A stretch of 63,827 bases of DNA, filler included, from Octopus bimaculoides (Eukaryota), in assembly GCF_001194135.2 (NCBI RefSeq). It is 6 parts of 5 records of this genome, joined end to end, with 100 filler letters (N's around TTAATTAATTAA, not from the genome) between each part and the next. Parts side by side here need not be neighbours in the genome. Positions count along the whole stretch, not along the records: positions 51,095 to 52,535 come from NC_069005.1; positions 52,636 to 62,664 come from NC_068983.1; positions 62,765 to 63,827 come from NC_068986.1; 3 more parts are not named here. The stretch is one strand, 5' to 3'. Under the pieces are notes generated by a model, which was not told the DNA's origin, searched no databases, and saw only the letters and a list, made by a program, of their open reading frames with translations. Shown in pieces: positions 51,372 through 63,529 of the stretch (within the stretch, counting starts at the first letter, position 1; each line of letters begins with the position of its first letter). The position numbers and the translations under genes were made by a program.

Positions 51372-51766
51372 ATTGCGATGATATTCTCTTAAACGGACGA
51401 GACAAAGATGGGATATATTCCATCAAACCAAATTTTGCCGCGAAACCGTTCCAAGTAGAATGTGAATTCAAAGACGGTAAAGCCTGGACATTAATACAGA
51501 AACGAACCAATGGCGCTGTGGATTTCTACAGGAATTGGGAAGACTACAAAGAAGGTTTCGGCAACATTAGATCTGAATACTGGTTAGGAAACGAGAAGAT
51601 TTATTATTTGAGTGTTCAGGCAACCTACGAACTCAAAGTTAATATGTGGGACTGGAGTGGAATCACACACGGTCCTACACAACAGACGGGTAACTACTAC
51701 GAAGGAGGAAGTTCCTTTTTCTACATAGAAGACGAAAAGAATTTCTACAGACTCCGAGTACCAGAG
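51372..51766 (+). CDS. Fibrinogen-related domain (FReD; ficolin/angiopoietin/tenascin/FREP-like) internal exon
   Basis: ttatttttcag|AT TGC..CCA GAG|gtaagt; (D)CDDILLNGRDKDGIYSIKPNFAAKPFQVECEFKDGKAWTLIQKRTNGAVDFYRNWEDYKEGFGNIRSEYWLGNEKIYYLSVQATYELKVNMWDW..FFYIEDEKNFYRLRVPE carries the WT.IQ.R..G..DF.R.W..YK.GFG...E.WLGN signature. Confidence 0.95.
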
Positions 51767-52258
51767 GTAAGTAAATTAACTTGTTCCCTTAGTCGCCGGT
51801 TCATTGTAGAATACCTGGGTTTAAATGTGACTGATATGCGAGACATCAGGGTGAATTGTTGATCTCTCAGAAATCGCAGCGAAATATCTCTCAAAATACA
51901 CTATACTTATAATAAGAAAGCACGAGTGGGTCAAGGTTGGAACCGCTTTGGATTATAGGTTTGGAATATCTTTGATCAACCACAATGACAAAACGCCTTG
52001 TCTGTGCAGTTGCGCCTGATGATGTAGTAATGAATATGCTTGGTGCTGTAGCAACATTCATTCATCAACGGTACTGCCTGAAGAATCTTCAAGCAGAGAG
52101 ACTCTTAACTCCTTCCGACGACGATGACAACAAAAACAACTTCAACATGGTTTAATCGTCGTTTACACCTCGTGAGCACTTGGTGTATTCATGGTCTATC
52201 GTTGCTTGGCTGCTATTTCTATAAGTTCTACCGTTGGCTCAAGATGGAGACAGCAATA

Positions 52259-52292
<34 letters not shown>

Positions 52293-52635
52293 CAAGGATG
52301 ATGATGATGATGCTAATGTTTAGCAGCAGGTCAGTTTGAGAAGACTTATGATTAAAGTCATTTCAGCCGTGACCATCCAATCGTCTTGTCAATGATAATA
52401 TATCTGGAACTCATTATCAAATACGTCATTTATTTAGTATTCTAGGTTTGATTATGGCGGCGAGCTGGCAGGTCGTTACGGCGCTGTGAAAAATGCTTAG
52501 CGGCATTTCACTCGTCTTCACGTTCTAAGTTCAATNNNNNNNNNNNNNNNNNNNNNNNNNNNNNNNNNNNNNNNNNNNNTTAATTAATTAANNNNNNNNN
52601 NNNNNNNNNNNNNNNNNNNNNNNNNNNNNNNNNNN

Positions 52636-52713
<78 letters not shown>

Positions 52714-52714
52714 A

Positions 52715-52890
52715 ACATCGAAAAATACCTTAGGAATGAGAAGACAGGTTCGAAATTTCCCCCAAGACACCTGATGAAGGCTGGAGAGTATATCAGCTGA
52801 AACGTTGTATTAACAACAACAAAAATGAGGGCAAATATCCGTCGAATGTAAATAATGTACATAATTCCTCATCTCTTAAATATAGAACTG
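52715..52890 (+). mobile_element. Short Penelope pLTR-like repeat carrying a hammerhead motif, abutting a (TAA)n/(TGA)n run (52636-52714)
   Basis: Contains CTGATGA..GAAACGTT; no ORF. Confidence 0.55.
52766..52811 (+). ncRNA. Minimal type I hammerhead ribozyme (canonical core)
   Basis: Stem I GACAC/GUAUU (one mismatch); core CUGAUGA plus an extra A; stem II GGCUG-GAGAGUAUAU-CAGCU; GAAAC-GUU with palindrome AACGUU; predicted cleavage after 52806. Confidence 0.75.
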
Positions 52891-52946
52891 TATTACAGAC
52901 GTTACATATTCCATATGCTACTACCTTATTATTGGTTTCAATAATA

Positions 52947-53141
52947 GAAGGCCAGTAATTTCGTGGAGCGGGCATTGACCCCAGTGCTCAACCGGTACAT
53001 AGTTTAGCAACCCCGAGAGAATGAAAGGCAAGGTCAACCCCAGCAGAATTTGAACTCAGAACGTAAAGACGGCCGGAATGCCGCTCAGCATTTCGTCCGG
53101 CGTGCTAACGATTCTGCCAGCTCGCTACTTTCTACCGCCTT
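52947..53141 (-). mobile_element. SINE family A
   Basis: gaccccagtgctcaaccggtac..gaatttgaactcagaacgtaaagacgg..ctaacgattctgccagctcg..ccgcctt. Confidence 0.85.
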
Positions 53142-54662
53142 AATATTGCGTCGTGTTCCATTCCTCAAAAGCTCACTTTAGAGCGACTTGTCTTTCGCTT
53201 CTTATAGAAAGAACCAATTCCACTGGTCAGGTGGTCTATCTCTGTAGAAAGATTCGACATACCGCAGCAGGTAATGCACTGACATGAGCTGAGGTAGTGG
53301 CAGCTACAAAAATTCCAAGACGGTGAGCAGGTTTAGTCGCTTTTGCCAGACACAAAACCAAGGTTTAAAACCATTGTTATTATTGACAGAAACCGTAACG
53401 AACAAAAAAACGTAGCAGAAGCCATGTCAAAATGTTTTGATGCATTTAATTATATTCTGAGTCACCCGTTACATTCAATTTGAATGTGAGTATCTTCTGT
53501 CTACTAATCTTGCATCATTGAACCAGAAGCCTTACACCATTTAATTTAATTTCTGTGCTTTTGATATTCAATTATATTTCTGGAATCATCAAAATATGCC
53601 CTAGTCTAAAAATTTTGTTCAGTCGACAACATTGTTGGACTGATTGACCACTGCTATCTGGCATATTCTCTAATATCTGATAGCCACATTACACAGCAGC
53701 GTTAGCTAGACAATCACCATAAATAATCACGTGTCGGAAGCATTAGATATCATTCACTCGATAAGACACAAGTGTACATTTCACATTTTCATTATGCCCA
53801 ACCTTTGCACCTTCAGCTGAAGTTCAATGGAGCATACTGCTTTAGTTGGAATATATTTGGCTAATTAGTGCGATAGCAATCAGAATATAGACGCATAAGT
53901 CCATTCAAGCCGACTTTTTCAATCATTGGACAGAAAAGTGCTGAGAATTTGATTCTATTTGGAGATCAATGTGGTTAGAAACTGAGATGAAATAACAACT
54001 AAGATGTTGAATCCCATCCAAAAGTTAACCGATCGGAATTTCTTCTTGCAAGATTATGTGAATTTGGAGGATGTTACTTTCTTTAAAAATTCTATCCGTA
54101 AGCAGTTACTATTCCACAGGAGTGGATATAACATTGTGAAAGAACTGCAGTCTATCAACAAATATAATTATAGGTGCTCTATTCTGCTACGCTTTCACAA
54201 TACTCGTATCAACGGAGAAATGCAGTTAGTGGAACTTCAGCAAAATATGACTGACTTTGTTTTCATAATATACTCTGGATGTTCAAGAGGATAAACTTTA
54301 GAGCTTTTTTCAGAGAACATAGAATTTGGCGAAGACCGTCAGTTTAGAGTACGCCCTAAGGACATCGATGTGCTATCTGCCACCATACGTTTACGATTAC
54401 AAGAGGATGAAATTAAATCCACTAATCTGGCGCACGTATAGTTCTTTGGGCATATGTTATGTTGCTAGTATGTTTAGAAAGGATCTGGCTGTCAACCAAA
54501 ATGTTAATGAAGATAATCCTATAACTTGGCTTTGGCTAGAACAGTCACAGTAATTTACTTTGAATGCGGAGAATAGTAGAAGAAATCGATAAAACAGATT
54601 TTGAACTTGTCAATCAGTGTACTTATAAACGAAAAACTATTTTTTTCATTTATAGTGTATAT

Positions 54663-54963
54663 AGGTGCGGATATGGTCTTGTTGTTAAGCAACTTACTTT
54701 GCAACTACACGATTTCGGGTTAAGTCTCACTGTGTGGCAGCTTGGACATGAGATGGGATCCCTGTTATAATCTCTATATGTACCTTATGAAAGAAACTCT
54801 GTGGAAGCCCATCGTATATAAGTGGGTCTGTCTATCTTTGTGTTTGTGTTTTTACCCTACCACCACTTGACAACTGGTGTTGCTTTGTTTACATACCTGT
54901 GACCTATCGATCTAGCAAAGCGGTGATAGAATAAGTGCCATACTCAAAAAAGAAAACATAAGT
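54663..54963 (+). mobile_element. SINE family B (diverged)
   Basis: aggtgcggatatgg..cgggttaagtctcactgtgtggcagcttgg..ccacttgacaactggtgttg..gatagaataagt. Confidence 0.7.
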
Positions 54964-55900
54964 GACACGTAACGGCGCAACCCTGGCTAAGCACAAATGG
55001 TCCTTGAAAGACAGCGATACCGAGTACAGTATAAAGTGGAAGATCCTAAAGAAATGTAAAGCGTACTTCAATAGCAGCAGGAAGTGCAGATTATGCCTAG
55101 CTGAGAAAAAAAGCGATTTTAAAGAGCTCCCAACACCCAGGTATTTACCTGAATAGCAAAAGTGAAATTTTTAATCCTAACCCACATGAAGGGAAAGTAT
55201 ATCCTATCATACCTGCGTATCTCCTCATGACTATAACCACCAGTCTTCCAACTTCGGTCCACTACCAATACCTGGGTGTTCAGCAAAGAATTTGACCAAA
55301 ACGTACACTAATGCACCCACAAACAAACATACACGCTCCATGTCAGCGTACACCTACCCAATACACTTTCCACCCCGCCCCACCCTAATATAAGCCCCCA
55401 CACATATATATTGCACCACTACACACACTGCATACATATATGTCACACGAATTTAATCAAAACATGAAATAAAGGAAACACGCTAACGAACACAGATATG
55501 TTTGCCTCCACACACAGACACACACCGCAAAGGGTATAGATATAGTACCGCTATACACATTCCGTTTCTACAAGAACACCAACCTTAATGACACACATTT
55601 CTCACAAGCTCTTTTCCAGAAAACTCTTGCTGCCTTGCAACAAAACACCCACTAAGGCTGTTTTGATACCAAGGGACATAACTCTTAGCTTAATTTCCTA
55701 TTCGATTCGTTTCATCTTTTTTCACAGCAACCACAAACCAGATTATCTTTTCACCTCCAACAATAGAGAGCAGTCACCATATTTCATTCCAAAACGGCTA
55801 CCTCTAAAGACCACAGGATTACATAACTGGATTATTACCTAACATTCCGTTGAACCCCAGTGCGAAACCGATTGATAAGATGGGCCGTAATGGGTAATGT
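54964..55900 (+). mobile_element. Penelope-like element 3' end (GIY-YIG C-terminal region plus CAC-rich 3' UTR)
   Basis: NGATLAKHKWSLKDSDTEYSIKWKILKKCKAYFNSSRKCRLCLAEK matches the PLE T.LS..IW.LKD..Y.IKW.I..Y.N..K.C.LCL.EK motif. Confidence 0.85.
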
Positions 55901-56410
55901 ACACTTCGATTAATATAAATATATCTCTTCCTTTCTCTAACTCTTTTTTCTCCCCTTCTCCCTCTTTCGTTTTGTCTCTCTCATCCTTTCTCTAATTCTT
56001 TTTTCACCCATTCACCATTTTCTATCTATCTATCTCTATCTATCTCTCTCCCTCTTTCTTCTTTACTCTTTCTCGTTGCTCACACGTGACCATCGTCCAT
56101 CTTTCTTTTCCTCACGTGATCATCTTTCTTTTCTTTCAGTCTGTCTTACAGACCAGACGCATTCTTATCTGTCTCCTCTTCTATCTTTTCTCTTGTAAAA
56201 GACAATATTCCTCCAGCATTCGCTACCTTACTACGTTTGGCCTAACGACACTCCATGTTTGTCTTCGTTTGGCTTGTTGTATGTCTCCACTATCCTGTTT
56301 TTTGTTATCAATTTTAACCCTCTGCAAATCCCAAACTTTATTTAGGTTCGCGGGAGCAACTGCCTTTCGAAGTCTCATATTCTCGTTAATTGCTCGAAAT
56401 GAGGATTATA

Positions 56411-56784
56411 TCAACCCCAGTACGCAACTGGTACGTAATTTATCGACCCCGAAAGGATGAAAGGCAAAGTCGACCTCTGCGGAATTTGAACTCGAAACAT
56501 AAAGACAGACGAAATACTGATAAGTATTTCACCCGGTATGCTAACGTTTCTTATTTCTTTATTGCCCACAAGGGGCTAAACATAGAGGCGACAGACAAGG
56601 ACAGACAAAGGGATTAAGTCGATTACATCGACCCCAGTGCGTAACTGGTACTTATTTAATCGACCCTGAAAGGATGAAAGGCTAAGTCGACCTCGGCGGA
56701 ATTTGAACTCAGAACATCAAGACAGATGAAATACCGCTAAGCATTTCGCCCGGTGTGCCAACGTTTCTGCCAGCTCACCGCCTT
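56411..56784 (-). mobile_element. Two tandem SINE family A copies (about 56411-56551 and 56552-56784)
   Basis: Two consecutive tcgacc(c)cgaaaggatgaaaggc..gaatttgaactc..ctaacgtttc units. Confidence 0.88.
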
Positions 56785-57190
56785 GAGAGAGGTCTATAAT
56801 GGCAGAGGGTATGAAATTGAATGGGTAGATAGTTGCAGAAATGGGCTGTGATAAGCGTGTGATAGATATTAACGAATGCTCTTAGGTTGGAGCATTAGTG
56901 GAGAGCAGATTAATGTTACATGGTAAGAAAGAGTTGAAGTTATTAAAAGTGGAAATGATGATGAGGAGGGAGCGATGGGTATCTTAGGGAACGATTGTAA
57001 CTTGCAGTACCTGGTATCGAAAAATGTGCAACAATTATTTATGTAAACAATATAAAGAAGTAGAAGAATAGACGAATATAGATAGTGTTAGTAGTATACA
57101 CACGCACACACAGACACACACATACATACAGAGTTTATATAGATATAGGTAGAGTTGAAAGAGAGAGAGAATGAGAGAGAGAGAGAGAAT

Positions 57191-57221
<31 letters not shown>

Positions 57222-58377
57222 AGAGATACAGATGGTGATAGAAAGGATATGTGTGTTTATTATTTGACTACCTCAAAATGGAAGTTTGACATAAACGAAT
57301 GAAAATAAAAGCAATACAAGAGCAAAGTTTTACTCTTTCACCTCCTATTTCAATATTTCTCCTTTACGAAGAGGAAATAAAAGAATGAGCTTTGCTCTCA
57401 TATGTCAGATATTAGGAGATTGTGTGTTGCGATATGCGCAGATTAGTAATGTTATGTTACATAATTTATTTCACATAATTTTACTGTTGTTGACGGCGTG
57501 ATTTTTTTTTTTTTAATAACCTTCAAATTTCATATATTCCGTTCTGTGACTTTGATGTTGACCATAATATTGCTATTATGACCGGTCTTTAGATGTTTGC
57601 TAACAAAATCAATATTTGCGTGGATGAGATTTTAACAACAATATCATAGAGTTTGCGAGCGGTATTTCTGGCGAAGAAGACAAGCTTTATCTATTAAATG
57701 CTATGTATTGCACCACGTAAGCCAGTCAACACATAACCACGACTGGTTTGGGCTCATACATTGTTCTTGTACATGAGTCGATTCCTGGAATGCACCAGCC
57801 ATATATTGAGTCTCTCCCTTCGGATCGCCTGGAGAAATGCTAGTGATTCCATTATCAAAATGCACCTGCTTTGGAAAGTCTTATCCTTAGAGATGTTAAC
57901 TTTTAGGGGTGAGCTCAACCTTGGTTGGTCCATTAACAGACTTTCAAACTGCTTCTTTGAGTGAGGTTCTATCTCATCTCCACTTCATTTGTTGTTTATA
58001 CAGGTAGTGTTATTTGGTAAGCGGTTGACAATAGCACTTGTTGGTAGAGATACACATAACAATTTCTGCAAACAGTTTTCCTTTCAGAGCAACTATCAAT
58101 AGATCTCTTTTCTTTGATTTTGAGCAGAAAATCGAGCAGTGAGTAATGATCCAGTGTCATTGAGATGTTATATTTAGAAGTCTATATAGTTTCATTCTCA
58201 TTGAAAATATCCATATAGTCCGATCGCCCTCTCTCGAGAAGTCAGATTGAAGGCATCACTCACATAACTTTGATAACAAGGAGCACGAATAGCAGATGCT
58301 TTGAATTTTAATGTTCGTTATGACCCTGTCTTTGGTTTTCAAATGTGCTGTAGAAAGAAGGTAGTCTGTTCGCTCAT

Positions 58378-58621
58378 TCTCTCTCTCTCTCTCTCTCTNN
58401 NNNNNNNNNNNNNNNNNNNNNNNNNNNNNNNNNNNNNNNNNNNNNNNNNNNNNNNNNNNNNNNNNNNNNNNNNNNNNNNNNNNNNNNNNNNNNNNNNNNN
58501 NNNNNNNNNNNNNNNNNNNNNNNNNNNNNNNNNNNNNNNNNNNNNNNNNNNNNNNNNNNNNNNNNNNNNNNNNNNNNNNNNNNNNNNNNNNNNNNNNNNN
58601 NNNNNNNNNNNNNNNNNNNNN

Positions 58622-58662
<41 letters not shown>

Positions 58663-58706
58663 ATCTCACTCTCTCTCACTCCCTCTCTCTCTCTCTCTCT
58701 CTCTCT

Positions 58707-58748
<42 letters not shown>
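58378..58748. repeat. (TC)n/(TATC)n microsatellite flanking a gap
   Basis: Direct inspection. Confidence 0.95.
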
Positions 58749-58749
<1 letters not shown>

Positions 58750-60252
58750 GTGAATGAAGGAATATAGATGATGCGTGTCTTTCCATTGAAAGATTCATTC
58801 TGTTTACTTGTTTACTCTAAATTGACTCGTTTATCTTTGGTTAATTAACTTTGGCACTCTATATCAACCCGTTTCCAAAGCATTTTCCTTTGAGAAAACC
58901 TATGTTAATGATTGTAAAATTATACTAAGATTAGCGAACTAAAGTAATTTGTTTATATAGTTTCTACCATTTCTTTTTCCTGTTACTGGAAAGAAATTTT
59001 AATATTATTAGTACAACTAACGTGGCGAGCAGATTTACTAGCATGCCGGGCAAAATGTTTAGCGGCATCTCGTCCGTCTTTATGCTTTGCGTTTAAGTAT
59101 TCTGCCCGTTTTGACTTTATGTAATCGACTTAGCTCTTCCCAAAAATTGTTGGCCTTATGCCAACATTGGGAACCAATGTTATTAGCGCAACTATAATTA
59201 ACTTTCAAAGTTTTTGTTTGAAATTTTAGAATGCCAGTGACAAATGAAAAAGTACCACTTTATGTTAAAGACTGTTATAACGATCTTATTATCGAGAGTT
59301 AATTCCATATTTTTCGTGTTGTTTCGACAAAAACTATTCTCTCTGCGTTGTAATATTCAGTGATATTCAAAATTCGTCGGCTAATGTTACTTGCTAAAGT
59401 CATAATAAATAGTGGGCGTCTACAGGATATATTGGTATATACAAACTATTCAGTGGGCCTCTTATAAGGGTGTTATTTTCTTCTACCTAAGTCTATTGTT
59501 ACATATAAAAATATAACTATAGTCATATTTGCAGTAACAATCATTCTTAAATTGAATTCTTTAAATACATTAAATAAAGCTTTCCAAAGTTGTCTAACCG
59601 AAAGCCATTAATATGACTTGAATGAAATTAATTAGCCGATACATCTATAAAGGCTGAATTATGCTCCATCTCTTTCAACATTTCTTTCGATATTTCTTGC
59701 TTTCCGCGTTTTTCTCCGCTTTCTCTATACTTCATTCTTCTATTTCACTCTACACCAATCTCTGCTATTAGACGTGTATTAAAAAAAATACACCTTATAT
59801 ATCTCTATTCTATTCCACCTTATTCAACCCCCAACCACTAAAGCATACCTTAAAACGGATGCCTGACTCAACACTGACATGCATTTTTATTTGCATGTAT
59901 TAATTTACGCATGTATTTCACTGTGCGTTAGGATTACAAAATTTTACAAATCTAGCTTTCATCAAATATTTCACAGTTTTAACAGGTAAAGGTGCGATAT
60001 TCTTTTCATAAACGGCAACACACAATCTGGATTAAAAAAACAGTTAACTCATTTCTTCCAACGTTTAAATATTGCAATTAACTCTACTTGGCGAAATTAG
60101 TAAGATCATCATTTGATTTAGCAGTAATATGTTTGTATTCATGTACGTATGGATCGATGGATATGCATCCACAAACAAACACAGGCACATGCATATTTAC
60201 ATACATTCATAATGCGTTCATTAATACACATAAGAGATAGATAGAAAGATAG

Positions 60253-60323
<71 letters not shown>

Positions 60324-60469
60324 TAGAGAGAGAGAGAGACAATTATGCGAATAAATAAATTATATTAAATATAACAGCTCGGGTATGCAATACAAAATAT
60401 GTACACATGTAAAACGAGAGAAAGCAAAAAGTGAAGACTTTCAGACGGCGAATATTTAAGAATAATAAG

Positions 60470-60925
60470 TAGATGTTTATATTAATAGATCCATCTTACT
60501 CAGAGTACAAACGGCAGAGGAAATTAAAGGGGAGGAACTAAGGTGTTATAAGTCCAACAGCTGTTTCTAGGGGCTAAGAGATCCGTCATAATGTTGGTAG
60601 ATGTAGTTCATCACAATATGTTAAGTGAGAGGAGATAAAAGAGCTAGTTCAGGATGAGGAAGGTGGGTTAAGAAAGAGGGTTTTAAAGGAGGCAGTAGTA
60701 AAAGTGATGGGTTGGGAGAAGTGGAATAGGTAATAATTGAAGGGTAGTCAGTTGTTTCGGGTTTGTATATAGGTGTCAAAGTTTAGGTGTGTACATTGTG
60801 ATGAACTACATCAACCAACATTATGACGGATCTTCGAGCCCCGGAAACAGTTGTTGGACTTATAACACCATATTTCTCTGTCGTTTGTACTCCTTATAAT
60901 TTGGCTCTACTAATATAAATATCTA
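60470..60925. repeat. Inverted repeat (arms about 60470-60617 and 60795-60925, about 177-nt spacer)
   Basis: ggtgttataagtccaacagctgtttc..gatccgtcataatgttggtagatgtagttcatcacaat against attgtgatgaactacatcaaccaacattatgacggatc..gaaacagttgttggacttataacacc; about 90% in the core. Confidence 0.92.
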
Positions 60926-61237
60926 TATATTATACTGAAATATTCATCGTCTGGAAATTTTCACTCTTTGCTTTCTCTCGTTCTACATGTATACATATAT
61001 ACATATTTTGAATTTCATACCCAAGCTGTTATATTTAATATATTTAACACTTTTATCTGCATAATTGCCTCCATATCTGCATAAATTAATCCCTCTTGTA
61101 CTCATTCTTTACCCCCCAAGAAACTGATCACCCGTAAAGACGTCGGAGTAATAGTTGAATCATTTGAGCGCTGCTAAATTTCTTCTATACTGAGAATTTC
61201 TGAATCTCATCTGCTGCCAATATATACATACATATAC

Positions 61238-61300
<63 letters not shown>

Positions 61301-61309
61301 GATATATAG

Positions 61310-61340
<31 letters not shown>

Positions 61341-61849
61341 TANNNNNNNNNNNNNNNNNNNNNNNNNNNNNNNNNNNNNNNNNNNNNNNNNNNNNNNNNN
61401 NNNNNNNNNNNNNNNNNNNNNNNNNNNNNNNNNNNNNNNNNNNNNNNNNNNNNNNNNNNNNNNNNNNNNNNNNNNNNNNNNNNNNNNNNNNNNNNNNNNN
61501 NNNNNNNNNNNNNNNNNNNNNNNNNNNNNNNNNNNNNNNNNNNNNNNNNNNNNNNNNNNNNNNNNNNNNNNNNNNNNNNNNNNNNNNNNNNNNNNNNNNN
61601 NNNNNNNNNNNNNNNNNNNNNNNNNNNNNNNNNNNNNNNNNNNNNNNNNNNNNNNNNNNNNNNNNNNNNNNNNNNNNNNNNNNNNNNNNNNNNNNNNNNN
61701 NNNNNNNNNNNNNNNNNNNNNNNNNNNNNNNNNNNNNNNNNNNNNNNNNNNNNNNNNNNNNNNNNNNNNNNNNNNNNNNNNNNNNNNNNNNNNNNNNNNN
61801 NNNNNNNNNNNNNNNNNNNNNNNNNNNNNNNNNNNNNNNNNNNNNNNNN

Positions 61850-61883
<34 letters not shown>

Positions 61884-62446
61884 GTATTAGAAAATTATTA
61901 CAATGCTTATTGGTTTATTAACATTATATCTAATAAATCCGGATTATTTCTTATTTTTCTCTATGGACGTCAGTTACAGCACGAAGCGTTTAATATGAGT
62001 TACAATTTGCATACTTGTCTACCAGATATCTAGGAGGACAACGTCATTTTCACTCGTATCGTATAGATTGCATGTACAGCAACATTCATGCAACGGAATT
62101 CAGTGATTAAGTGTGTTTCTATTAGTGTTAAATGGTGTAAAGGGAAGGGGAAAATAGTGAAGCCATTTCTCGTATTCATTTATTGATTTATTGGAAGCAG
62201 AAACTCTACTTCGCTCCTTTATGCTTTAGACTTTTCAATTTACCCGACAGCATACATACACAGGGAATCTCAAACTAACGTACTCTGTTATACAACGCAC
62301 ATACTCATACACAAACACCTACACGCACATGCACATACATACATACATACATAATATTTATGTGTGTACAGGGTCATAGCCACAGTACCATTTCCACGCA
62401 GAGAAAGTGCGTTTCGTAAACTAGAAATTACCCTTTGTATTACACA

Positions 62447-62606
62447 CACAAGGCCTGAAAATTGGTGGTAAGTCTATTACATCGACCCCAAAGGATAAAA
62501 AGCGAAGTCGACGTCTGCGGAATTTGAACGCAAAACGTAAAGACGGACGAAATGCTGCTAAACATAGTTGTCTGCTGTGCTGACGATTCTGCCACCTTGC
62601 TGCTTC
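62447..62606 (-). mobile_element. SINE family A (diverged)
   Basis: acatcgacccc..gtcgacgtctgcggaatttgaacgcaaaacgtaaagacggacgaaatgc. Confidence 0.8.
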
Positions 62607-62632
62607 CGTACTAATATATATATTATATACTA

Positions 62633-62664
<32 letters not shown>

Positions 62665-62764
62665 NNNNNNNNNNNNNNNNNNNNNNNNNNNNNNNNNNNN
62701 NNNNNNNNTTAATTAATTAANNNNNNNNNNNNNNNNNNNNNNNNNNNNNNNNNNNNNNNNNNNN

Positions 62765-62935
<171 letters not shown>

Positions 62936-63147
62936 CTTTCTGCTATAGGCAGAAGACCTGAAATTTGGAGGGAGGGGTAAATCGATTACATCGACCCCAG
63001 TGTTTCACTGACACTTAATTTATCGATCCCGAAAGGATGAAAGACAAAGTCGACCTCGGCAGCATTTGAGCTCAGAACATAAAGACGGACGAAATGGCGC
63101 TAAGCATTTTGGCCGGCGTCCTAACGATTCTGCCAGCTCACCGCCTT
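62936..63147 (-). mobile_element. SINE family A, full length
   Basis: ends ..ctaacgattctgccagctcaccgcctt. Confidence 0.9.
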
Positions 63148-63150
63148 AGC

Positions 63151-63197
<47 letters not shown>

Positions 63198-63525
63198 GGG
63201 TTTCAAATTTTGCCACAAGGGCCAGCAAGTTTGGCGGGGAGAATGTAAGTTGATTATACCGGTCCCAATGCTCAACAGGTACTTATTTTATCGACCCCCG
63301 AAAGGATGAAAGGCAAAATCGACCTCGGCGTAATATGATCTCAGAACGTCGGACAAAATGCTTAGCGTCATTTAGTCCGTCATTATATTCTGAGGTCAAA
63401 AGACGCGGAGGTTAACTTTGCCTTTCATTCTTTCGGGGTCGATAGAATATGCACCAAGTGAACACTGAAGTCGATTTAATCGACTTTCGTCATTTGAAAT
63501 TTCTGGGCTTGTACCAAAATTTGAA
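63198..63525. mobile_element. Head-to-head pair of truncated family A SINEs forming a hairpin
   Basis: tcgacccccgaaaggatgaaaggcaaaatcgacctcggcg..ctcagaa / ttctgagg..cgcggaggttaactttgcctttcattctttcggggtcga. Confidence 0.85.
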
Positions 63526-63529
63526 ACTC

